Assembly: GCA_010015805.1 (NCBI GenBank)
Contig: ML978127.1
Location: forward strand, 186,001-250,000
Source of the DNA: Rhizodiscina lignyota
Lineage: Eukaryota
DNA: 64,000 nucleotides
Reading direction: 5' to 3'
Positions 22,687 through 33,168 of the stretch are shown one piece after another (within the stretch, counting starts at the first letter, position 1; every line of letters starts with the position of its first letter). A program made the position numbers and the translations under genes. The notes under the pieces were generated by a model that was not told the DNA's origin, did no database searches, and worked only from the letters and a program-made list of their open reading frames with translations.

Positions 22687-24287
22687 ATGAGGGTAAATCG
22701 CGCCTTTTTGGCGGTAGCTGGCGCCAATTTTGTTAGTTCTGGTGAGAAAGCGCAACGGATCCCATTCTGTAGGACGTCTGCTGATAGAGTAAAGTCGCAG
22801 TAAATTCCGAGGCTCTATACAGGAGAGCATCGAGCGATTGTAATCCGAATGTTTTCACGTCGCCTGTCGGTCTCGACTTCGATATGCATTGCGGGGAGAA
22901 CCAAATAGGTTCGTTACCACTCTTCAGCACCTTGACAAGCCGATGATTTTCACGTTTGCACCATTTGGAGGAATTGGGGCTTTGAGTGCCCATCGAAGCA
23001 CACCTCTTATATCTTGTGTGTAGGCGCATGCGCTAACCACGATTCGTTCGGACAGGATGGGACTTACACCCAGTCGGCGCGAATCCAGGCGGGACACTCT
23101 CAGGAAATTCCATCACAGATTGCATGAATGACTGCGCAACCATAGAGCCGCTATGCTATGGCACTGTTTTCGATGTTACTACTGGAACGTGTTGGTTCAA
23201 GAACAGTACCTTCTCATACCAACCGAACATCGTCGTTCAGGACAAGAACTCCCATCTTGCCGTTCCTCGATCCTCCGAGATTGAACCCCTCGACACCGAT
23301 TGCCCATATAAGAATGGATCAGTTCAGTCCTCCAATGATGAGAATTTCACTGTGCACTGCAGCCAGGACATTTTGGGAGCTGATTACTCTCCAAGCAATG
23401 CTCCAATTATCGGAAAGCCCTACCATGCTACCAGTCTTTCGGACTGCATGAACAAATGCTCGACGTCAGAGCCCCTTTGCGAAGGTGTGGCCTTCAACCC
23501 GGGCATGGGCAATGGATTTGCCAACTGTTATCCCAAATTCAACAATGGGAAACCTTTCTCGTTCATCACAAACTGGGCCTCCTCCAACAAGCCCGAAATC
23601 CGTCATTCAGCCGTTGCGAAACTCCCTAGCATCCCTTTTGACTGCAAGGATAGTCAAATAGTAAACTCGGGCAACGGAACAGCGTTTACATTGTCGTGTA
23701 ATCAGGATCGCGTTTCGAGCGACATCACAAACTACCACGACACGAGCCTCGAATCATGTATAGATACATGCGAGCAGTACACGAAGACAAAATGCGAAGC
23801 CGTTATCTTCGACACGAAGATGACATCGGGATTTCAGAATTGCTACCTTAAAGGCAACATCGGTACCCCTGCAGACGGCAGAGAAGGCTATATCTTTGCA
23901 ATGCCAAGCAGCGCAATGAAGAAGAAGTCAGAAGCCTGGATCGCAGGTCCTGTTGTTGGCGGCGTCGCTGTTCTTGTGCTCCTGGGAGCGGGGTGGTGGT
24001 ATTTCCAGCGCAGACGCAAGCGACAGGCACAGGCCCAAGTCTACGCATCCATAAAGCCAGATGAGAACAATGGCAATCAAGCGCGCGATGCCTACGGCAA
24101 CGTCGACTACAAGTACCAGCATCAACAAGGACACCAAACACCACAATTTGTTCCGGAAGGAGCAGTATGGCAAGAAGAACATCAAGAACCTGCCTATGAA
24201 CTGGACCCGGAGCCCGCAAGGCAAGAGATGCCAGCGACACAGACGGAGAGCGTAGAGCTGCCAGCGCACCATTCACCTACCAAGTGA
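22687..24287 (+). CDS. Single-pass type I membrane protein with three PAN/apple-like Cys repeats
   Basis: Two upstream exons add a signal-like MRVNRAFLAVAGANFVSS, with introns near 22742-22800 and 22909-23055. Three repeats follow the pattern F..C..D..S..(D/S)C..C..C.(G/A)..F..C(W/Y).K. TM helix AWIAGPVVGGVAVLVLLGAGWWYF is followed by RRRKR and a tail with YELD/VELPA. Confidence 0.82.
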
Positions 24288-25399
24288 ATATGAGATGAAG
24301 TTGCTTGAGAACTACTTATATTGGTCGATACTTTCAATGTTTACATAACTGCTTAAATGGCGTAGGTACTGTTGTACGAATCATTCTGAATCATCAAATT
24401 CTGACACAAAAACAGGGTTCCCAAGCTCGCCACTAAGCATCACATCCTCCTCCGCTCTCCATGAGAACACCTTTCTATGGGCCGTTCTCTCCCTCTGCAC
24501 ATCATACCGCCTACAAATCTGGTCGGCTCAGATCTCCTCTCTACTCTGAACGGGTACGGATTTCACCACCAGACTCCAATCATCGCGCAAAACTCTCCAG
24601 TGGGATCAAACCCGACAGGATCATCTCCCGCCCATTGAGTTTCGACTGGAATTCCTGCAACACCTTGATAACTCCCGGCTCAACCTTCGACTCAGCCACG
24701 AATGTCTCTTGCTCATATCCAAAAAGCTCCCCGTGCTTTTCACTACGTGCTCTGTCCCTGATGCGGGTGGAGCGGCAATCTCGCTTGTACTCGTTCACGA
24801 ACGAGTCCAAAGTCGGTGGCAGGCATGAAGGCGCACTGATCAAGTCCGGGGGAGCAGCCGAGACCAATTTCTGACAGTGTGGTCATCCGGTCTAAGTTGC
24901 CCCTTTGTGCACCCTCCGCGTCCATCGCGGCAAGTGCAGCGCCTCGCGGTAGATGTTCTTCCAGCGACGACAGATTGGGAATATGGCTGCCCCATAATGG
25001 ACGGTACCCTCTCAGAGTGAAGCGCGGATCATGGCGGTAGCGCATCTTCAATGATTATGAGATGATATGTTGGAAGTGCGAATGGATGCTGTCTTGGAAG
25101 AGTGGCTGATTAGTTTATTTTGAAGAAAGATTTGAAAGAATAACTTAATACTATCTGCACACATGTTCTCTTATGCATGGTGAAATGTTCGAATGAATCC
25201 TACGGAGTATCAAGCAAGCATACGTCGCGCCGAAGAACAACATCTGTGAAGTTATTTCTGTAGACAATCACATCATACCTCTTCCCAAGCAAAATTTTGA
25301 CTGCTTTCTGGAGTCAGTCTTTCGGCATTCATTATTCCTTTGAGGTGCCGGTTTCTGTTCCAGCGCTAAACATCGCTCATGCCACAAGCAGCTCCCGTT

Positions 25400-26599
25400 T
25401 TACACAATCTTGAGTATCTTCGCCACTTTCTCCGTCACCCAAACCGCGCGTCTGTTTCCTGGTCCAGCCGTACCCAAACCCTCGTTGTCGAGGACTTGCT
25501 CCTGGGTCGCATTTAATTGACTTCGTCTGGCGGCCACAAATTGGATCCACTGGGCCTTTCGCTTTGATGGTTTCTTGCCAAAAGCTGCAAATGATCGGTT
25601 CCCCGTCACGTGGTAGATTGCGTTAGATTCCGGCATATCCGTTTCGATGTTGACGCCTGAAATTCTCTTCACAATAGCTGCAACGGTCGCTGCAGCTGAG
25701 TCATACTCAAGATTGCCACGAGGGATACAGCGCAGCGAGCCACATTCATGGATGAATATGACTCGGACTCCCAGATTCAGAACAGATAAACTTGGTATTT
25801 GTGGCAAGAAATATTGCCATAATGTATCCAGCAGCCCGCCAGCTTCTGTGGGTAGAGGTGGTGTTTCTATGACTATGTCGATGCGCAGGAGTCGTAACGT
25901 CAAGCTGTCGGCAATGACTTGCAGCATTTGCGGCTCTTTCATAGAACCAACTAGGTCGAGCTCAAGGTGCTTGAATTTACGTTGTGAGCTCTCGGATCTA
26001 TCTTGGATGAACGCTCGCAGCACATGAGATGTGACATGAGGAAGTTCAGAGAGGAGGTGGGGGTAGTCATCGGTTTCGCGCTTGAAGCTGAATGCATTTT
26101 TGCCGTAGAGGACATCAGTGCCTTCGTCATACATCTGTCGACACGTTTCCAGGATGGACAAGTTCTTGTCGCGAAAGTTTGGAGTAGTGTACGTAAAGCG
26201 TGTGCTGTGTCTCCAGTTGCCATTGTGCCCCAAGCCTTTGCCATTCGAATGTTGCTTCTCAGAGACCTGCTCCTCATAGTCTTCCACATCGGAATCTTCC
26301 TCATGTGAGACTTCTGAAGATGTATCCCACAGTCCTTTTGGAATGCCCAACGCCATGCCGTGACAGCATTCTTCGAAATCATTGTGTGGGCACTTTTCAA
26401 TCCACGTTGACCGGTAGGTATGCTTAACATTTGGAACCGATACAAAGGCTTCGCCGAAGGCGTCCCAAAGCTCAAAATCGACTGAAAGCACTTGCACGAG
26501 GCCGTTCAAGCACAAGACATATTGACAGATCTCATCGCGTAGTTCTCGTGGAAGTTTCAGCAGCGGGAAAGGACGATCGTTGACCGGTAGGTTTGACAT
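25400..26599 (-). CDS. F-box-like (LPRELRD-motif) fungal protein, paralog 1
   Basis: FPLLKLPRELRDEICQYVL, then LSILETCRQMYDEGTDVLYGKNAFSF, then FIQDRSESSQRKFKHLELDL. Intronless. Confidence 0.78.
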   Translation of the reverse strand: MSNLPVNDRPFPLLKLPRELRDEICQYVLCLNGLVQVLSVDFELWDAFGEAFVSVPNVKHTYRSTWIEKCPHNDFEECCHGMALGIPKGLWDTSSEVSHEEDSDVEDYEEQVSEKQHSNGKGLGHNGNWRHSTRFTYTTPNFRDKNLSILETCRQMYDEGTDVLYGKNAFSFKRETDDYPHLLSELPHVTSHVLRAFIQDRSESSQRKFKHLELDLVGSMKEPQMLQVIADSLTLRLLRIDIVIETPPLPTEAGGLLDTLWQYFLPQIPSLSVLNLGVRVIFIHECGSLRCIPRGNLEYDSAAATVAAIVKRISGVNIETDMPESNAIYHVTGNRSFAAFGKKPSKRKAQWIQFVAARRSQLNATQEQVLDNEGLGTAGPGNRRAVWVTEKVAKILKIV

Positions 26600-27149
26600 T
26601 GTGTGATTTGTTGTCCTCTCTATAAGGGATATCGAACTAGAGTGCAGAGAGTAGATGGCGTTGCCGTGTGTTGTAGAACTTGACGTCGATGAAGCGTACG
26701 TGTTCAGGCAACAGTGTTTGAGTGTAAGGTTGGAAAGAGCGGAGGGAGCCGCCAATCTGTGTTCTTTCCAACCAACGTGTCTTTCGCCAACCCGTGTACC
26801 AGAATAACTGCAGAGTGTCGGTGGCGAGGAACACATTCAAGCTCCACACATTGGCATGAGGCCTACTTCGCAACGCCTCAGAACCAACCTTACTTTCGAC
26901 ACTTTCTCGGTGCACTGGCGGAAACACGCGACACTCCACTTGATCGCTACTCTTCAGTCACTGCTACACGCGTTAGCCTCCATTGTCAATTAGACACGAT
27001 TGGTGATTCTACAATCTACACCAACCTCTGCGATCGAACTCCAGCGATCGAACGTCAAATACATTCCCAAGCCCGCGAGCTTCAGTCACTTCCCTCTCCC
27101 GCTTTCACCTAGCGCCAATTCGGCAACACAATTCTTCTATTGCGGCAAT

Positions 27150-28475
27150 ATGGTGCACATTCTCAATGGCCTCCCTCGAGAAATCAGGGATCACATTTAT
27201 CGACACCTTGCCGTCCAAGACTTCATAGGAGGAGAACGGATCAATATAACTGCTGTGCGAGTGAGCTTGTCGCACAGCACGAGGGACGACAGTGCAGTGC
27301 GCTCAGGATGGTCCAGTGTAGAGTTGAAGGACGATACCACTAGCGCCGCTGGCCTTGGTCTTGATTTTCCTGCCGAATACAGAAACAGGATATTTCATGG
27401 TGGTGTCAACGAAGGCCAATATCCTGAAGAAAGCCAAAGGGGATTCCATCTAAAGCCAGTTGATGTAATTATCGAGGATAAGTTCTTTGAGACTTACCAG
27501 CGCTGCACAGACACCCCGATACCATCATTGGCTCTTATGAGGACCTGCCGACAGGTCTATGCTGAAATGACCGAAGTGTTCTATCGAGAGAACAAATTCT
27601 GCTTCCTCTCGACATCCAACTTTCCCCTATCGACGCCAAGCTCGTTCATTGCGATCAACTTTCTGAACGACCGATCGCAGGAAGCACTTAAGAATATCAG
27701 ACACGTGAGCCTAAAACTCGAGCTCGCAAAGGGAAGAATAGTTACTGGACAGAAGGGAATACCTGAAGACGATATTGACGATGATATCTATTGTGTCTGT
27801 CCAAACAGTATTCGCAACTTATGGCGGATTTTCAGTCGAATGGCTCTCCAAACGCTCCGTATTCAGCTTGAAGACAAGGATTACGACCTAAACAGGGGGT
27901 TGGACAACCTCATTTACGATTCTGACTGGATCGATGAATTCCAAAAGCTTCCAAACCTTCGACGAATATGGGTTGGCATTGGGGTGGATACGGACGAAGG
28001 TTGTCAGATAACTGACGATGGGTTACGCTTCGAGATCTTTCGTGCCATTCGTGATAAAAAGCACGAACTCCGAAGCCCTGTCGGACCATCATCCAGTTTG
28101 TCTCTGGAAAGAGTGTCAAAGGACGTCAACAAGATTGTGGCCAAAGTAGCTCCACATCTACACAGAGTGATGAGAAAAAGACCCAGATCACGGGTAGATA
28201 TTCTTGCCACAGTTCACCGGACAACCAAACGACGAGTCGCGTGGTGGACACTTCCAAGACAGCGAGTCTGGTTTGTGATGCATAACGAGAACAACAACCG
28301 AGTGCGACTCCCACACCTTCGGCACCGCGAGAAGTCGAGCGATCTTCCTACAATCAGAAACAAAAGTTGGGAGGTCATTCCACATGACGTTTTCAACGGG
28401 CTCCCTCCTGGGGTAAAGAGGCGAGATATCTGGCTCACGAAGTATTGTAAACTTGGACAAGGCGGGAGCGAATAG
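27150..28475 (+). CDS. F-box-like (LPRELRD-motif) fungal protein, paralog 2
   Basis: ILNGLPREIRDHIYRHL, then LALMRTCRQVYAEMTEVFYRENKFCF, then FLNDRSQEALKNIRHVSLKL. Intronless. Confidence 0.78.
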   Translation: MVHILNGLPREIRDHIYRHLAVQDFIGGERINITAVRVSLSHSTRDDSAVRSGWSSVELKDDTTSAAGLGLDFPAEYRNRIFHGGVNEGQYPEESQRGFHLKPVDVIIEDKFFETYQRCTDTPIPSLALMRTCRQVYAEMTEVFYRENKFCFLSTSNFPLSTPSSFIAINFLNDRSQEALKNIRHVSLKLELAKGRIVTGQKGIPEDDIDDDIYCVCPNSIRNLWRIFSRMALQTLRIQLEDKDYDLNRGLDNLIYDSDWIDEFQKLPNLRRIWVGIGVDTDEGCQITDDGLRFEIFRAIRDKKHELRSPVGPSSSLSLERVSKDVNKIVAKVAPHLHRVMRKRPRSRVDILATVHRTTKRRVAWWTLPRQRVWFVMHNENNNRVRLPHLRHREKSSDLPTIRNKSWEVIPHDVFNGLPPGVKRRDIWLTKYCKLGQGGSE

Positions 28476-29025
28476 CTTGGTGGACGCCCAGGCTCAGGGG
28501 CTGAGTGGTTATCGAGGGCAACCGATTGAACCGAACACGTGTGGATTTCAGAGAGTGGGCATTGACTTCAATTGCTGCAAGAGAATCGTGATTTTCTGGA
28601 GGTTATCAAAGCGAGATTGACTCAGTCTCTCAAGGCATGCTGTGGCTTTAAATTGCAATTCTGGCTGACTACACGCTTCATTATCGTCAGAAAATACTAT
28701 AGCAATTGCCAGGTAATGATTAAGGAGTTCGTTGCAACAAAAATATCTTCCAAGCCAAGAACTTTATTGCCCGTTAGAGTAAAGTTTCTAGATTATGCTA
28801 CCCCTGCCAAGCTGTCGTCTCGATCCTCATTGTCGGACCTACCTCAGCCCAACGGCTTGAGCATACCCTTCAAGATGAACGCGATGTTGGAACCAAAAAA
28901 ATTCACCTGACTAACATTCCAATACAATTCGACACTGACCCTCCACGGCGACCAGCCAGCCTGGCAAAACGAAGCTTTCTTGAATTCCGGCGCATTGAAA
29001 AGGGAAGCTCCAAAGCATTTAGACG

Positions 29026-30327
29026 ATGGCTCACTTCCTCGACCTCCCGCGTGAGCTCAGAGATCAAGTTTATCGAGAACTTCTTGTGAGACCAAGGGTC
29101 ATCATTCAAGACCGACGCATTCATCACCCCACTTCAGGCAGATCTCATTGGATGGGGATAATACACAACATCCGAGGAGGACGACGCGTTGTTCAAAATA
29201 GGGGCATCGAAACATATGAGATCCGGCGCGACGAAAGATGCAACAACCCAGAGATACAGCTTTTACGTGTTTGTCGTGAAATCAATCGCGAAGCATCACA
29301 GCTGTTTTACGTAGAGAACAGTTTTGCCTTCGAAACTAAGCTCACACCCGAGGAGAGACTTCCGTTCGCAACCCCCCCAAGCGTCGTTGCGATGCACTTC
29401 CTGGGCGATCGCTCAGAGAGTGTTCTGCGAAGCATTCGCTCTGTTGAGGTCAGGCTGGACACTGAATCGTCATGTACTCAACCATTGGAATGGAGAGTAG
29501 ACCACGATCAGATCCCACTTTGCTCGAACGCCATTTTGGCCTTGTGGGAAACCTTTATGAGGATGGAATTGCGGAATCTGGCACTTCATTTCCACGTACA
29601 TAAACAGGACCTAGAAGGCTTCATTAAGCGAATGACAACTTCCGATGCAGCGTGGATCAATCAAATCCAGAAGATCCAAACGTTGCAAAATTTATCTCTC
29701 ACTTGGTCCACGAAGCCCGAGGACAATCCAGTTCCACTAATTAATGAGGGCCTAACGTCTAGGGGCGAACTTATGTTTCCTTCTTTCGAGATCGCCGTGA
29801 GGAGCCCGGATCGTACCATCTCTATATATTCTGAAGAGTATGCACCAAAGGGAGCAACCTTGAATGATTTGACCAGGCTCCTGCGCACTGTGGCCGCAAA
29901 AATCGCCCCACAGAGCTTATACCATACAATTCAGCATTGTCCTCCAACTGGCCAGCTTCAGTTCTGGGGGAAGGTGGTCCGGACTAGATATCGCGACATA
30001 CGCGTGGATGAACAGTTCAGGCATCGCCTGTGGCTCGGGATAAGCAGCGAAAGTAAATGCAAAGTGTCACCGGATTTGGAGGAGCCCGAAGCACCGAAAG
30101 AACGTCATGCTACAGAGCTACTGAAATTCCGGAACCAGGACTGCATTCCCGGGTCCATCTTTGGAAGACGTATACCCGATAATGCTCCTTACGATACCTT
30201 CGAAGAAGATGAAGACCATACTCTATATGACGTTTTCGGACTGGTGGATCGTGAAAGTGAAGATGAGGATGATCCTGTTCTTGATTCTCGAGAGGTGTAC
30301 ATAACCAGTGATTTACTAAGGTTCTAG
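29026..30327 (+). CDS. F-box-like (LPRELRD-motif) fungal protein, paralog 3
   Basis: HFLDLPRELRDQVYRELL, then IQLLRVCREINREASQLFYVENSFAF, then FLGDRSESVLRSIRSVEVRL. Intronless. Confidence 0.78.
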   Translation: MAHFLDLPRELRDQVYRELLVRPRVIIQDRRIHHPTSGRSHWMGIIHNIRGGRRVVQNRGIETYEIRRDERCNNPEIQLLRVCREINREASQLFYVENSFAFETKLTPEERLPFATPPSVVAMHFLGDRSESVLRSIRSVEVRLDTESSCTQPLEWRVDHDQIPLCSNAILALWETFMRMELRNLALHFHVHKQDLEGFIKRMTTSDAAWINQIQKIQTLQNLSLTWSTKPEDNPVPLINEGLTSRGELMFPSFEIAVRSPDRTISIYSEEYAPKGATLNDLTRLLRTVAAKIAPQSLYHTIQHCPPTGQLQFWGKVVRTRYRDIRVDEQFRHRLWLGISSESKCKVSPDLEEPEAPKERHATELLKFRNQDCIPGSIFGRRIPDNAPYDTFEEDEDHTLYDVFGLVDRESEDEDDPVLDSREVYITSDLLRF

Positions 30328-30563
30328 TTCCACGAGGGAGTTGTTCGAATCCAGCTTCGGGCCAGGGTCCAGTGGACTTGCAATCTGCTTCAAATTTGTC
30401 TCAATTTGTCATACTGTTGCTGATACCAAGGACATATCCACTCCTCGTGGGCTATTGATATTGCAAGTAATCCTTGATCAAATGATTTTCTATACCCATA
30501 GTGTTGTAGTCTTTAGAACGTTGTCGCAAGACAAAGCACTCTCAGTAGGATCTCCATAACCGG

Positions 30564-32075
30564 CTAACCCATGAGACCTTCCCTTCTAAACTCCAACCCG
30601 TCGTCGAGATTTGCGAATTTGATGTCCCACATATCCCGAAAGTAGCTGCTCCTTGCCATCCAAGGCGCCTTATCCCCGCTCTTCGGAATCAAATCCTTCG
30701 CCCGCTCGAGATATGTGCTCTTCAGATTCATCATCGGTGCAGCCGTCATGCTCGCCTCTTCATCAGGAGACAGCCGCGGTACAACGCTCGAATACCCGTT
30801 CTTCCGCATGTGGTTCAGGATCCTCGTGGCCATCTGCGCCGTTGCGTCTGCGCCCAGCGTCCAGCTCGCGTTCGTGTAGCCGATGATGAACGAAGCATTC
30901 GGGAGATCCTGCAGCATTACGCCTCTCCACAAGAACTTCTTCCCTGGCTCCGCCATCACGCCGTCGACGCTGATATCTGCACCACCAGCGAGCTGGATTT
31001 TCAAACCTGTCGCCGTGACAACGATATCTGCTTCTACACTCTCCCCATTCTCAAGGAGGATGTCATTCTCCCTCACGGTCTTGATATGCCCAGTGACCAC
31101 ATCCGCCCGACCTTTCTGCAGCGCCCTGTAAAAGTCACCATCCGGGCACACGCACAGCCGCTGCTCCCACGGATTGTACTGCGGATTGAAATGTGGATCC
31201 CAGGGAACGTTATCCGGCAGTTGGTTCTTGGTCAAGCGTCGCATTATGCGCTTGGCGGCGTTGGGATATGCGCGACAGAGACGGAAAAACAGAAATGGAA
31301 TGACGAGGAACTTGACGCGCACAATTTGGAACGCGAGCCACGCTGGAAGAAGCTTGTGCGCGAGCCAACCCGTGTTGTCAACGCTGGGCAGCGACATGAC
31401 GTACGTTGGGGTCCGCTGTAGCATCGTGACTTTGGCCGCTTTCTGGGCTAAGGCAGGAAGGAGGGTGACGGCCGTCGCACCAGAGCCGATGACTACGATC
31501 TTCTTGTCGGTGTAGTCGAGATTCTCGGGCCAGAATTGTGGGTGCACAACCTCTCCCTTGAAATTGTCAATGCCTGGGATGACTGCAGGCAGAGGATTCT
31601 CGTAGTCGTAGTACCCTGTACCAAAGATGATATAGCCAGCGGTATAGATCTTCTTTTCCCCATCGTGTTCAACTGTGAGCGTCCACTGCTGCGCCTTGGA
31701 ACTCCAGTTTGCCGCGAGCAGCTTGTGGCGTAACCGGATCTTTTTATCAATCCCAAACATGCTCGCGGTGTCATTCAGGTACTTGATAATGCTCGGGCCG
31801 TCGGCAATGCTCTGCTGCTCCGGCCATGGCCGCCACGGGAAACCAAAGGTGTACAGGTCGGAATCTGAGCGAATGCCAGGATACTTCCAAAAGTCCCATG
31901 TCCCACCGAGATTGTTGCGAGATTCCAGAATGGCGTAGGAGCGGCCTGGGCACTGGGTTTGAACACGGTAGCCTGCATTGATGCCACTGATGCCGGCGCC
32001 GATGATAACGACATCGTAGTGATTTTCTGCGTTGCCGTTCATGGAGACGGATGCAATTGAAGTATTTTCTGACAT
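30564..32075 (-). CDS. Flavin-dependent monooxygenase, Baeyer-Villiger/EthA-like
   Basis: Two Rossmann motifs (GAGISG, GSGATA), GGTWDFWKYPGIRSDSD, BVMO fingerprint FKGEVVHPQFWP, YNPWEQRLC and ATGL. Intronless, 503 aa. Confidence 0.93.
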   Translation of the reverse strand: MSENTSIASVSMNGNAENHYDVVIIGAGISGINAGYRVQTQCPGRSYAILESRNNLGGTWDFWKYPGIRSDSDLYTFGFPWRPWPEQQSIADGPSIIKYLNDTASMFGIDKKIRLRHKLLAANWSSKAQQWTLTVEHDGEKKIYTAGYIIFGTGYYDYENPLPAVIPGIDNFKGEVVHPQFWPENLDYTDKKIVVIGSGATAVTLLPALAQKAAKVTMLQRTPTYVMSLPSVDNTGWLAHKLLPAWLAFQIVRVKFLVIPFLFFRLCRAYPNAAKRIMRRLTKNQLPDNVPWDPHFNPQYNPWEQRLCVCPDGDFYRALQKGRADVVTGHIKTVRENDILLENGESVEADIVVTATGLKIQLAGGADISVDGVMAEPGKKFLWRGVMLQDLPNASFIIGYTNASWTLGADATAQMATRILNHMRKNGYSSVVPRLSPDEEASMTAAPMMNLKSTYLERAKDLIPKSGDKAPWMARSSYFRDMWDIKFANLDDGLEFRREGLMG

Positions 32076-33168
32076 TTTGAATCAAGTGGAATGAAGGGAT
32101 TTGGATTGTACGACAGAACTCGGAAGCATTGAGACGCAACGAACAAGACAAGTGCAATGGAATCGCTACAATGAAAAGTGCACATGCCTCGGTGCACGAA
32201 GCAGGTCGAATAGAACAATTGAGACAGACATCGTATGGGAGAAGCAAGCTGCCCTGGCCTGCGAAATCCTGCCGGCGGATGCTGTTTCGTCCGCTCGCGT
32301 GTCTCCTGCCCATGGCGAGCGCCACACGCGAAATCATGCCAGAAATGGACGAAGCCGAGGCAGGCGCTGGGACTGCAGATAGCATTAAAGAGAGTTGGAA
32401 GCGAGTCCACCTACATTTTCTCGCTCGATCTCGTTTGCCGCGCGCTGATTCCAAATCAGGTATTGAATGCGAAACATATGCAAAGGTGGTGTGGGAACGA
32501 TTGTGGTGGGGATGGAACCGAAGTGTGATGCCACTGCAGGCTTCAGGATCATCGGTTGTCAGCACCTTATTCTCACATGCACAGGACAGCTATATACTCG
32601 TAGGAGCCATTGATTAGCATCTACTGGATACTATCGCAAAGCTAACTTATTGGAGTAAGTGAAATCAAGGTGCTTCGTTCGATGTTGAAATGTATATGTG
32701 GGAAACAGGAGAATCGGGCAATGCAAATCTGTAGCAGCTGTCTCTTCATCATTCGGCTCACTGTCTACGACCTTGATAGACCCATCTCTGCAGCGCTCTT
32801 TCCTCTTTTCGAGCCTCAAGTGGGTGCAACTCTTGATGGTTGTAATTGACTTTCCGAGAGTTCCGAACGCAGGAATTCTCACTGGCGCAAACATAAATAC
32901 GGCTCACATAACGTGCGCTGTGGAGATTAAGATCAAACTGCACTTCTTCATACAGCTATCAGCCCTATTTACAAAACAAACGCCCGGCCTTGCAAATGTA
33001 CATGAAAAAGACTCAACTCTATGGTATCAAGTCGAGCAACCCGAATTTGTACAATCCGCATCAACGGGCTGTATACAGAATGGAAAGTAAATGAACAAAC
33101 GAAATAGGGGAATCTCACGGAGCACTTCCATTGGAGATCCGGGAATTAGAATAGAAGTACAATTCGGT

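Noticed and set aside
31771..32617. Long overlapping ORFs (264 aa minus strand, 162 aa plus strand) and other antisense ORFs inside real genes
   Set aside because: They have no recognisable motifs and are explained as shadow frames of GC-balanced coding or promoter sequence.
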